64,000 nucleotides of DNA, taken from Chara braunii. Lineage: Eukaryota > Plantae > Charophyceae. The position numbers and the translations under genes are program-made. The notes under the pieces were generated by a model. The model was not told the DNA's origin. It was given only the letters and a program-made list of their open reading frames with translations, and did not search any database. How positions within the stretch are numbered: the first letter of the stretch is position 1; each line of letters begins with the position of its first letter. Below are positions 47,701-58,609 of this stretch, piece after piece. The stretch is taken from assembly GCA_003427395.1 (NCBI GenBank), contig BFEA01000014.1, positions 2,983,663-3,047,662 on the forward strand. The letters run 5' to 3'.

Positions 47701-48890
47701 ATTGAAGGCCACCTCGCTGGAATAAAGCCAGCGGAGGAAGGCCTCCTTGTGAGAGCAACCCACTCGCCACCGTAGACCTCAATCACCTTCTGTTGTCGGA
47801 GCCTCTTTCCAGCCTGGGTAGTAGCTGGATCAGCTCCTCCTTCCTCCCTCTTCGAAGGACCGTCCTCCCTCAGACCAGTCAGTGCAGGCACGGCCCCCTT
47901 GGCTGCTCGCGGCAACCAGTCCACCATCCTCTCCCTAGTGGCTGGATGGAACTCTGGCGCGTCCTCGTGTCCGAGGAGTCCCTCCTCGCCCGGGCCACGT
48001 GCCTCATGATTGATGTGGATCACGTCCTCCTCCATGTCCCCGCCTCCACCCCTCGAAGGGCGGTCGAACGCACCCTGCCCACCATCTTTCTCGCCCCCTC
48101 CCTCCACTGGACGCTGCCCCGCCTCTCCTCCCCTTGCACCACCGGCCCGGGGCGCATCGAGTCCACGCTCCGCGGCGTACCTGGCAACGCTCTCCATCTG
48201 GTCAAACTCGAACTTCTGTTGACTCCGTCGTGCAATCTCGTACAGTGCCTCCTCGCTGATGTCCTTGCATTAGTTCGTCTGGCTGAAATGTCTCGTGGCC
48301 TGGTACTTAGTCCCCTGAAACACTTTGTTGCAGAATGTGCAACGCAACATCATGACCCCCTTGTTGTCGATCTTCTGGCCGACGACGAGGTACCGATACA
48401 CAGGGGAGCGACCCCTAAATGTCTCCTGCACATGTTCTGGAGCGACGTCATGTTGCCGCCGCTGCACGCTCCCCATGGCGACTGTTCTTTTTCACACTCC
48501 AAAGCGTCCACCCAGACTCCCAGAGTCCTTTCTACGACGCCTCACTGACCCGCACGAAAAGAGTCGCACAGTGCCCCAACGCCGGCCCGCCCCAACCACA
48601 AAGCCACGCGAACACCCACCGACGGCCGCCCACCCCCCACTGACTCTCCCCAATGCCGCCGTCCTCTGCCGCACACCGTCGATTCGGCGTCGAACCACCC
48701 CCGACCGTCGCATTAAATCACGTTTAACGTCGTCGAACCGCATTCAATCACGTTTAACACCGTTGTAAAAATTCAATGGCGTCTTTCGCGAAAGCCATCG
48801 CCGACGCGCGTCGTTCCCTGTTCGCCACGCTGCCGCCGGGCCTCGCCTCTCTGTCGTCGTCTCTCTCTCTCTCTCTCTCCCTCTCTCTCT

Positions 48891-48964
<74 letters not shown>

Positions 48965-49570
48965 NNNNNNNNNNNNNNNNNNNNNNNNNNNNNNNNNNNN
49001 NNNNNNNNNNNNNNNNNNNNNNNNNNNNNNNNNNNNNNNNNNNNNNNNNNNNNNNNNNNNNNNNNNNNNNNNNNNNNNNNNNNNNNNNNNNNNNNNNNNN
49101 NNNNNNNNNNNNNNNNNNNNNNNNNNNNNNNNNNNNNNNNNNNNNNNNNNNNNNNNNNNNNNNNNNNNNNNNNNNNNNNNNNNNNNNNNNNNNNNNNNNN
49201 NNNNNNNNNNNNNNNNNNNNNNNNNNNNNNNNNNNNNNNNNNNNNNNNNNNNNNNNNNNNNNNNNNNNNNNNNNNNNNNNNNNNNNNNNNNNNNNNNNNN
49301 NNNNNNNNNNNNNNNNNNNNNNNNNNNNNNNNNNNNNNNNNNNNNNNNNNNNNNNNNNNNNNNNNNNNNNNNNNNNNNNNNNNNNNNNNNNNNNNNNNNN
49401 NNNNNNNNNNNNNNNNNNNNNNNNNNNNNNNNNNNNNNNNNNNNNNNNNNNNNNNNNNNNNNNNNNNNNNNNNNNNNNNNNNNNNNNNNNNNNNNNNNNN
49501 NNNNNNNNNNNNNNNNNNNNNNNNNNNNNNNNNNNNNNNNNNNNNNNNNNNNNNNNNNNNNNNNNNNNNN

Positions 49571-49661
<91 letters not shown>

Positions 49662-50070
49662 TTGCACTTGTCGTGCGCGCGTTGGACGCGTCACTCAACT
49701 GCGTTCTTCGCGTTGAAGCCTATAGGCTCGTGCGGCGAATGAAAGTGCGGTCGAGTGAAACGACCGTTCTTGTAGCCGTCCTCCGAACCTCGGCACCCCG
49801 AAAACGCAGTGGCGTCAGGTTTCTTTTTTTTTTCTTTAAAAAAAAAATACTAATTTTGATCGTTTGAGGTGGTACCTAACAGGCCACTACACCACCCAAG
49901 CCCTCAAAATCCGCCCCCCCCCCCCCCCCCAAAAAAACGAGCGAAATCGGGTTTCGCGAACCTCTTTGATTCGCGTTCAACGCGCGTTCAAACATGGATT
50001 TAACATGAATTTAACGTGCGTTGAATTGTTTAACGTGAAACCCGTGTTGAATCTGATTTCGGACACACAA
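41792..50070 (-). mobile_element. hAT-superfamily DNA transposon inserted in LINE-D
   Basis: 8-bp TSD ccRgtttc (41784-41791 / 50071-50078); TIRs ctatgtgtccga / ttgtgtgtccga; subterminal gttYaac repeats; removal restores the LINE frame FETGNIP. Confidence 0.9.
45212..48476 (-). pseudogene. hAT transposase (BED finger, DUF659-like core, hATC dimerisation domain), frameshifted
   Basis: CTFCNK...ATRHF; SDGRK..GRPIVNFLA; ICTDSAS; ETRFAS; WWSLYG...ELQRCALRV...CAS.AERNW. Interrupted by a ~270-bp AT-rich insert at ~46305-46572. Confidence 0.9.
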
Positions 50071-50078
50071 CCGGTTTC

Positions 50079-52068
50079 GAATAAGAAGAGGTTCTTGAAT
50101 AAATCTTTTGCAATCCTGGTACATTCAACCGTAGAGGAGACCGACTCATCAATTTGATGTTGAGGATAAGCCAGAGCCTCAATGACTGTCCTCCCCGCTC
50201 GGGCTCTGGCTATAGCAAAGAATCTTGCATCCATTCCCCCCTCGGTGACAAACTTTCGAAGCTTACCGCCATTCCAACGATATTCTATTTGTGAGAGTAA
50301 TTGGTTTTCTAGTTCTTGAATTTCTTGAGCTACCAGTTCATTGTTTTCCTCGTTCTCATTGTCACTTTCCTGGGATTGTAACTGTTGGATGCGCTGATAA
50401 ATCCTTGCTTCATTGAAATGATGTTCGGTTGCCAATAATTCTGAATATTCATTGCATTTATGGCTTAGGAAAGCTAGACCGTTGTTGAACCACATAAAAT
50501 CATCCTGGATAATGGTTTTCTGTTGTCTCGAGAAGGACCAGACATCCTTTGGGTAGACTCTGAAACCTTTTATTTTAAGGTGAGATGTGCTTAATTTGTA
50601 GTACCCCTTACCTTGGTCTGTTTTTTTTTTCCCGGAAGGAGAGAATAACCACACACATAGCGTGATCAAGTCCTAACTGGGGGCTTTTAGGAAATACTTT
50701 AGCAAATTGAAGAGAACCTTTCAATTCGTCAGAGAGGAGGATTAGGTCAATGCGTGACTTAGTGACCATCCTATCCTGATTCTTTCTAAAGCACGAGAAG
50801 GTACGGTGGGTAGGGTTCAATCTTCTGAATGAGTCAAATAGGTGAAAAGATTGAGTTAGATTGATTATCATTACTTCACCAGCCTCCACATAGGTCGGGC
50901 AGGGGGTAAGAATACGTCAGCGATCCAGGGATCGGTCTGGAGCAGCGTTAAAATCTCTTGCTATGATCACTGGGATGCCAATTGGAAGTTTGGGATCAAA
51001 GATTCAAAGAACCGTTGACGATTACCTACCTCGTTTGGCCCATGGACACATAAGATAATAACAATTTCTAACTCCAACATTGTTTGTATATATGCCCACT
51101 TTCCTTCTTCTTTGTCAACCTCTCAGTAAACTGATTTTACCTTGGAATCTGGCGGAATCCAAATTGCAACACCAGCGCTCTCAGGACGAGGTGCATGTGC
51201 TCTGAATATTGTATAGGGCCATATCTGTTTATGACAATGATTGTGGATGGCTGCATCCATGAGGTGCGTTTCTTGGATATAGATGACGCATGTCATTCTT
51301 TCCCCCCTATTCCCCTAAGCTGGTCATAGATGGCTTGCTTCTTTTGAAACTTGGCGGAGGCAAAACCATTAACGTTCAGGGATCGCAAGTCTAAATTTGC
51401 TTGCCTCTTGAGGGATTTCCATGTTTTGTCCTTGTTATATAGTGCGTCAAATTTCTGGAAATTCTCCATAACAAGCAGGGCAGACACCACTGACCACTAT
51501 TGGGGGAGTGAATTGAAGGTTGAACAGGCTGGTTTAGAGGGTCTGCCACGGACCGACGTCTAACAGGCCCCCTGACACTAGAATCTGTTGTCCCAAGAGC
51601 CGAACAAGCAGCGTTCCTACATCAGTTTCTGACCAAAAGTTGCTTGCCTTAACTTTCATTAGTTGCAGTTCCGTTAGGACGTCTTGGTTGAACCACTTGA
51701 GGTCAAGCTGCCTACAAACTCCATATTTTAAGAAGACATCCCATTCAGCCAACCACTGATCTCCTTCGGAGATTGTCAAATTGGCAGTACAGCCAGGCAG
51801 AAGTTTATCCTTGATAAATCATCCTACCTCATGTTTAATGAGTGACTCTCCTCCTAGCCTGCCAGTCTTCGTGGAGAGAGAGAGGAAAGGTGAGGTAGTA
51901 CCCAACACTGTCACTTCCCCATACACCGCTCCCTGGGGAACGGACAGTCCTACTTCCCACGTACCATCCTTGAGTCTGACCGGTAAGACAACAATACCGG
52001 TCTTAATTGGAGAAAGTATCCCTTGACCTTTTGCTAGCCGGTGTTTCAACCGCTGACGTTTTGTCGTA

Positions 52069-52106
<38 letters not shown>

Positions 52107-53200
52107 GTACTGCGTTCATAGCTACCCTCTTCCCCCGAACATAACGCACCCTGAGAAGTGACGGTGAATGAGGAGAGTGAACTTTGAGGAATTCGGGAAT
52201 TTTCTGTTTCTGCAGTTTCTGCAGATTCTGCAAATTCTGCAAGTTCTTTTTCCTGTCCACCTGGGCCGCAATCTGGTAGGTCCTCAGTGAGATCCACTAT
52301 CTGCACCGTCTGCTATATTAACTCTTTCTCCTTGGATGCAGGGCCTAAGACAACCAGTGTTTGATTCAAGTGAGGTAAGTCAGCTTCATCGCCCACTTTC
52401 TCCCCTATGTGACTTGCCCCGGGCAGGGAGTATGTGGGGTCTGTTGTCTTCTCCAACGCCCTGTCACTGATACTGTTTTTGGCATAGTCACTGTTATGCT
52501 GGTACGAGGGCAAGTGCGCATCGGCTGTCACAAAGTTGTGGCGGCCACAAAGTTGTGGAAGACGAATGATCATAACTCATACGACGCTCATAATAGAGAT
52601 GGGCTTGTTGGCCATACGACTGAAGCACAGACAACCGAAGTGACAAATGATGAGATTCCACACGAGTTTCAGACCAAGGAGGAAACGGACCTCCGCTGTG
52701 GTTAGAGAGGAGAACAGATCAATAATAAGCGCCTGTGGGGTAGTGACATACCAGACGGATGGGGGCAAGTATATGGCAACAATGGTTTGACAAACGCTGC
52801 AGCCTCCCAGAACATCGCAATGATGAATACCAAGGAGGTCCAACTACCTCAATTAGGCTGGCACTCTTCCCTGCGATTAGGCAACAACGGGCAAGGTGGG
52901 GAGCCTACCCTTCTAGTCTGCAGGGCAAGTGAAGGGCACCGATCCAAAGGTAAGTGCACTATGGGTGACATGCTTAGCAGAAAGGTTTTCCCCTGCACCC
53001 CTCCTCTGCTGGGTGCCATGGTGGCCTTCTTATGTGATCTTCGAGATGTTGACAACGGGGCGATCCGGTGTTTCTTTTTCGACTGGATTTTTTTAGGGTT
53101 GCTGCTCGGGATTGGGTCGATGAGGGTTCGAGGGTCGTGTTGGATGGGGGTAGTGTGGTTATGAGGGATTTGGGGTGATGGGTGGGCAAGATTAGGAGTT
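50079..53200 (-). mobile_element. LINE-D 5' half (ORF1 remnant and APE endonuclease)
   Basis: DLRSLNVNG, IQETH, SRIDLIL, LDH; LPVRLKDGTWEVGLS resembles LINE-A LPVRIRNGEWEAGLS. 5' boundary approximate. Confidence 0.85.
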
Positions 53201-53953
53201 GGCTAGTGCCGTGTGGTGGTCGGGTAGGGGGAAGGAAATTCCCTGTGGAGTGATTTCCCCCATGCGCTCCAGGTGAGGACCGATTTGCACTTTGCTCCCC
53301 GCCTCATCAGTTCACCCTCCCTCAAGTGCACAATGACGCCTGTTAAAATTTTAGAAACGCAGCTGTATGCTGCTAGCTGCAAGTCTTGGGGCTGGGGGAT
53401 GACCAGGAGATAATAAGGATGATATGAAGATACCGGGAAAGAGCAGCCCTCGGATGGAAATTGGAAAAATATCAACAATGCTTATGTGAGGGGGGGCTCT
53501 GCATCGTCATGATAATATTCGATCCCGTGTGACAGGAGTAACTTTTTTCAGCTTTGACTACCTCTCCTCTCGCACGGTGGCATACACAATGGACAATGAT
53601 TGGTTGATGTGTTAAATACAAAACCACATAGGTGGGCTGGCCTGCAGCCGCTGGGGAGGGGAGTCACGGATGCATGTTAGTTAGCAGGATCCATATATCA
53701 ATTAAGCTCGCCACACACCATAGAATGAACTAGCAGCATCTGAGAATAGCAAGGAGTATCTGGGATCAGGGTTGTATGGATTGAGGGGCATTTGCCTCCG
53801 GGAGTGCTCTCCGGTTAGGAGGGGGCCTGGGGAGTTTGCTCTCGAAGGAAGGGTGGTTGTTGATTGTAATTCTGCCATGTGGCAGGGACGTGGTGGAACC
53901 ATTTAGGGTGCAGGACTGTAGAAGGGCTGTGTGGCTGAGCTGTTAAAATTGAT

Positions 53954-54227
53954 GGGCAGTTAATCCCCTCTGTGGAGGGCAATCAATGCTGCCCAGTGCC
54001 CATTGATCACAACCTACAACTGAAACTGCTATAATCATGGCTTCCTGCAGTGAATGTTAAGGGATGCTGGACCCGATTTCCAGCAGGTGCAGCTCCCCAC
54101 CAATGGAACGGAGCCATCATGATGCAGAATGGGAGGGGTGTCTGCTCTTATCAGCACCCCCACCATCCCCGCCGCCGGTGTGTTAAAAAAAAAACAAAAA
54201 AAAACAAAAAAAAACAAAAAAAAAAAC
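53954..54227 (+). mobile_element. LINE 3'UTR end: upstream hairpin, module, poly(A)
   Basis: gggcagttaatcccc...gggcaatcaatgctgccc; module 54061-54165. Confidence 0.85.
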
Positions 54228-54345
54228 GAATCTCTACTGAATTTTATTCCCAAAGATTGTGGTTACCGACCGATGCCTATAACCGCTGTTCGGTCAAGGT
54301 AGGGAGGGGTGCGCCGGGAATCGTAATGATGAGTAAAGGTGGGAG

Positions 54346-54578
54346 TTTTTTTTTTTTTTTTTTGGAAAGACATCTGCGGGAGCCTACTATTGGAAGTGAT
54401 ATGAGCATCCCCCAATAGTAGGCCCTTATTTATAGATGGCTCCAATCTGTCGGTGGGGAGTGGCACCTGTTGGAAACCGGGTCAACTGTCCCACTTACGG
54501 TACTGGAGCAGGTCATGTCAAACAGTCGTATCATGCGGAACAGCATTGATTGCCCTCTTCAGAGGGGATTAACTGTCC
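54346..54578 (-). mobile_element. Divergent LINE 3'UTR end: upstream hairpin, module, poly(A)
   Basis: Minus: ggacagttaatcccc...gggcaatcaatgctg; ...aggtgccactccccaccgacagattggagcc...ggggatgctcatatcacttcc. Confidence 0.8.
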
Positions 54579-54700
54579 ACCTATTTATATGTGAGGTTAC
54601 ATCATCCCTGTGACTCCAATTGCAATTGGCGAAACCCATACAGAATTACCTAGACAACCCTTAAACCCCCTCCCAGCCTAAAGAAGCCGGTGAAATTAAG

Positions 54701-54828
54701 GAAGGCAGTTGTAGCCTTACCCTAGGATGCTCCCCTGGCCAAGAAGTTTGTATGTCAGTTCATGTGAAGGCAGTTGTAGCCTTACCCTAGGATGCTCCCC
54801 TGGCCAAGAAGTTTGTATGTCAGTTCAT
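54701..54828. repeat. ~66-bp tandem duplication
   Basis: gaaggcagttgtagccttaccctaggatgctcccctggccaagaagtttgtatgtcagttcat occurs twice. Confidence 0.9.
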
Positions 54829-55954
54829 ATGACTTGCAATCATGTCAACGGGCATTTCTATGTCAGTTCATGTGACTTGCAAACATGTCAATGGGCAGGT
54901 CACCTGTCACCCTGAGATTGCCTGTCACACGAAGGAAAAAGGGAGAGCAAAGGGGACATCAGCAACCTTTTCCCCTCCACTTCGCATATCTGCCGAGATA
55001 ATAGTTGTTGCAGCAACGTGTGCTACCCAGGTGGGAACAGGATGGCAGCGTCCCTCCCTTCTTAGCCCTCTCATACTCGAACGCCAACAGAGAACCTAAC
55101 CACAATGCCCCACCCCGATCTAGCCAGAATGCCCCAACCTGATCAGTGAAAGCAACATACCCATCATGGCTCGCCAATATGTATGGTTTATGTTTGATGT
55201 GTTTAGTACATTTAGCAGCAGTGCGACCTTCCCTGGGCGCCCAAAAAGATAAGCAAAGCTTGCAGAGTTGGCGGAAACCACAATCAGCCCCGACCACCGT
55301 CTACATCCTCACCCAGCTCCTCCCCACAAACCAATGCCCAATCTCCCAACGCATCCCCAAGTTTAACAGCTATCCATTCCCGGGGATGTTAGCGCCCTCC
55401 CCCCTCCCCTCTCCCCGACTAACCTATACCAAATCTTTCCCGTTCCCCAGGCACCCAGGTGTCAATATAGCAAAGATGGCAGATGAGGGCATTGCGAACA
55501 TGAGGTAGAGGAGCATAACGAGCATGGCCTATGCAGGGAAAAGCACATGCAGTGAACTCACCTCACGATCTGTACCCATCGCAGGCCACGTGATTCACTG
55601 AAAAGACAGCTTCCCCGATCAGCCTACCACAGCACAGCTGATGGGAAGAGATATGATACACCTTAATAATTGGGAACTGGCCGGTGCTGTTTGTCGCGAC
55701 CTTCTGAGAGAATACAACATCTAAGCGATGCATATCCCAATCCTGCCGCTGACCATCGCGGGAACCGATATCTACCTCACCATAGGGGTCTGAAACCCTA
55801 GCGGCAGCCACGCCAGTCATCTGCAGGTCCTGCATGTCAGGTCGATCCTGCCTCCGCCCACCACGCAGGGTCTCATCCTGGATACCCTCGGGGGCCTCAA
55901 CCTCCCGGAGGTCGTGTATCAGTATTGTGTCATTGATCAGGCAGCCACAAAGCT

Positions 55955-56521
55955 TCACCTGTGTTGTAGTTGGGCAGCCTTCTTCCACCTAAGAGTGGTC
56001 GATAGTGATGGCCGCCTGTTGTTCTGCAAAAAACTTTTTGCACAAAAAGCTTTTTGCAGCTGATCCAATAACATGAGGCACTCTTGTATATCATTTCTCA
56101 CATATTCCTCATCAAGAGTGCCCGGTAGCGAGCAAACTATTGCTCGCAACACATCCCCGCATCCCTCAAAGGGTTCTTCTGCCTCTTGTAGTATCTCCAG
56201 TGACAGGCTGTCTTGTGCTTGCAGCATCATCGCAACTGCTTCGTGGATTTGTTGCTTGTATATGCCTACAATGTCTGTCACCGATGCCATGTCCCACCAT
56301 GATGAGGAGGAAACCTCCTGCTCAGGAGGGATGCGCTGCCCACCCTCACCCTCTTTAAACTCGGTGCCTTTAATCGCCGCCCATCCGCTCCTTAAGGCAG
56401 CACACTGATGAGACTCACATGTTGATGCTCTTAGACACAGTTGTCGAAGCCCTGAGGTCGCTCCGTGTCGTTGTGTCGCCGATTTGCTGTGGCGCTCACC
56501 CAGTCTGTACGCTGGCGTCAA
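55955..56521 (-). pseudogene. Second copy of the unidentified repeat-borne ORF family
   Basis: Homologous to 37745-38190. Confidence 0.6.
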
Positions 56522-58609
56522 TGTGTTAACCTATGCTGCATGTGGCTTCGCCACTCAGGCCTTGTTGTGAAGCCGGGGGATGTCGACACTCGAACCCTAA
56601 GGAGATGGCCGATCAAACGATGGCATCTCCACAAACTTCACGGGGATCCTGACGGACGAGCCTTGCCATTCACGGGCCACAAAGCGCTAACGTCCCTCGT
56701 TGTTGCTTCACATTGCAGTCAGTCTCCTCCTGTAAATTTCAGTATTAAAAAAAAAACAGGGCAAATACGTTGGCATCACATCAGCCTCTCACGAGCTCAC
56801 CACCCGCTGCTCGGCGAATCACCTGCCAATCAGGGCAATCATAGGGGCGCAGTTACGCAATGCATTGGGATGATCAAATGGCCCGTTGCTAAAAGGTTTG
56901 TCATACACCCGGTGCCCAGCCTCTACAACAACCTGGACTTCCATTAAGAAAAACAAAAAAGGAAAGAAAAAGAAAAAAACAATCGAATTGAACCGACGCA
57001 TTATGTGGCAGAGCCACCTGGTGTGGTGCTCCACCTGGGATAGGGATGGAGATGGAGGATGAGAGTGGAGCAAGATGGCACAGCGCAGCTCCCTCGCGAG
57101 ACTCCAACGCACGTACTCCAAACTGTGTGAATGTAGAATACCCCAAAGTACAAACTCTGGCTGAGGTATACCCCAGCGGACTGATTGGACTGGACTGGAC
57201 TAGCTGGTACCGACAAAGGTATCAGCCTGGAATGGACTACCCCGAATACAACACAGGCCTGTGAGAACAGGCCAAGGGGTTGGTCCAACAGGCCAACCAG
57301 AGGTCTGCTACATGATCCTTAGTCTGTGATGGATCACCTAGATACACGCACACTTCCGCCAAGAAGCGGAACTCTACCAAAGAAAAAGAAAACCCGAGTA
57401 GTCTAGGATGCGGAGCAAAATCCATGCTAAGTCCATGCGATGGAACCTAGGATAGAAAATGTCACAAAAAACAGCAATGTCACAGCTAACAGCCTAAGTG
57501 AAAGCAGAAGCAACTAACTAGTATACATGCCCTAGGAAAGCAGAAAGTAATGACAACTAAATCCTACAATGTTGGAGGCAGTAGCCTCTGTCTGGAAACA
57601 TCTGACTAGTGTATAAGACCTAAGAACAACAAAAGCAAAAACAACTAAATCCTAGAAATGTTAGAGGCAGTAGCTGCCTCAATCTGAGAGCAACAAAGCA
57701 ACAATAACACAACCACATGTCACAGGAGAAGTGTGTCGCAAACCACAGAGTGGGATGGTCTCTGAGGGTGGCGAATGCAGCCTAGGAGTCGATAAACTCC
57801 TAAGGGCATCCACACATAATGATAGGGAGACACATGTCATCAGACTCAATGAGGGTAGGGAACTGGGAGCGAACAGAACCAATGACCCTAACAGATAGAC
57901 CATCAGGGCGAGTAATGCTCGGCTAAAGGGGAGACCGCTATCATAATGGAGGGTCGACCATGCAAGGGAATAAGCGAGCCTGGTATACTGGCCGCACCTA
58001 GATGAAGCATGCAAGGCTGCCTAACTAGGGCGTGAGGGCTGGCAGAGGGTAGAAAAAATGATTGGTAAGGAAATCATGCAAATGACTCCTAAGGTGGGGG
58101 AAGTTGGAGCTGGATCCGTAAGCTGGGAAGCCAGGGCAACGCTACGGTCCCGATACCTATGCGTATACCAAGGGAGAGCCAAACTAAGAGGAACCCGGTG
58201 AAGGGAGACCATCATGCGACACAGCCAGGGTACTGTATAGGGTAAGGTGGTAAGAGAGTGACGACGTCTGAAGTAGGCAGAGTTGATCGTGACGAAGGCT
58301 GTGAAGTTGTCGATGACGTCCATTATGAGAAGTTTGGAATGCCGTCGAGGAAGAGTCGCAACGTCGATGAGCTGAAGAGGCAAAACCGAAGTGGATGGAG
58401 TACTGAGAAGTCAAAGACGTTGAAAGATAAGTCAGAGTCAATCGTCGTATCGAGCAGGGCGACGACGAGTGCGTTGTAGACGATCAAAAGCATCTGGCTG
58501 CTGCTGAAGGTATGCCTCAGATGGAGCAGGCTCGACTTCAGCAGTCTCCCCAGCCGAGGGAGAATGAGGAGGGTCAGTGGGTTGAGGAGGAGCAATCAAC
58601 GCAACACGA

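Noticed and set aside
48744-49867. Long RE/SL-repeat ORFs (also 75-985 and 41902-42654)
   Set aside because: Artefacts of microsatellites and N-gaps.
57300-58600. 3' LTR of the Gypsy element
   Set aside because: Plausible by position, but no second LTR, PPT or TG..CA boundary could be verified in the window.
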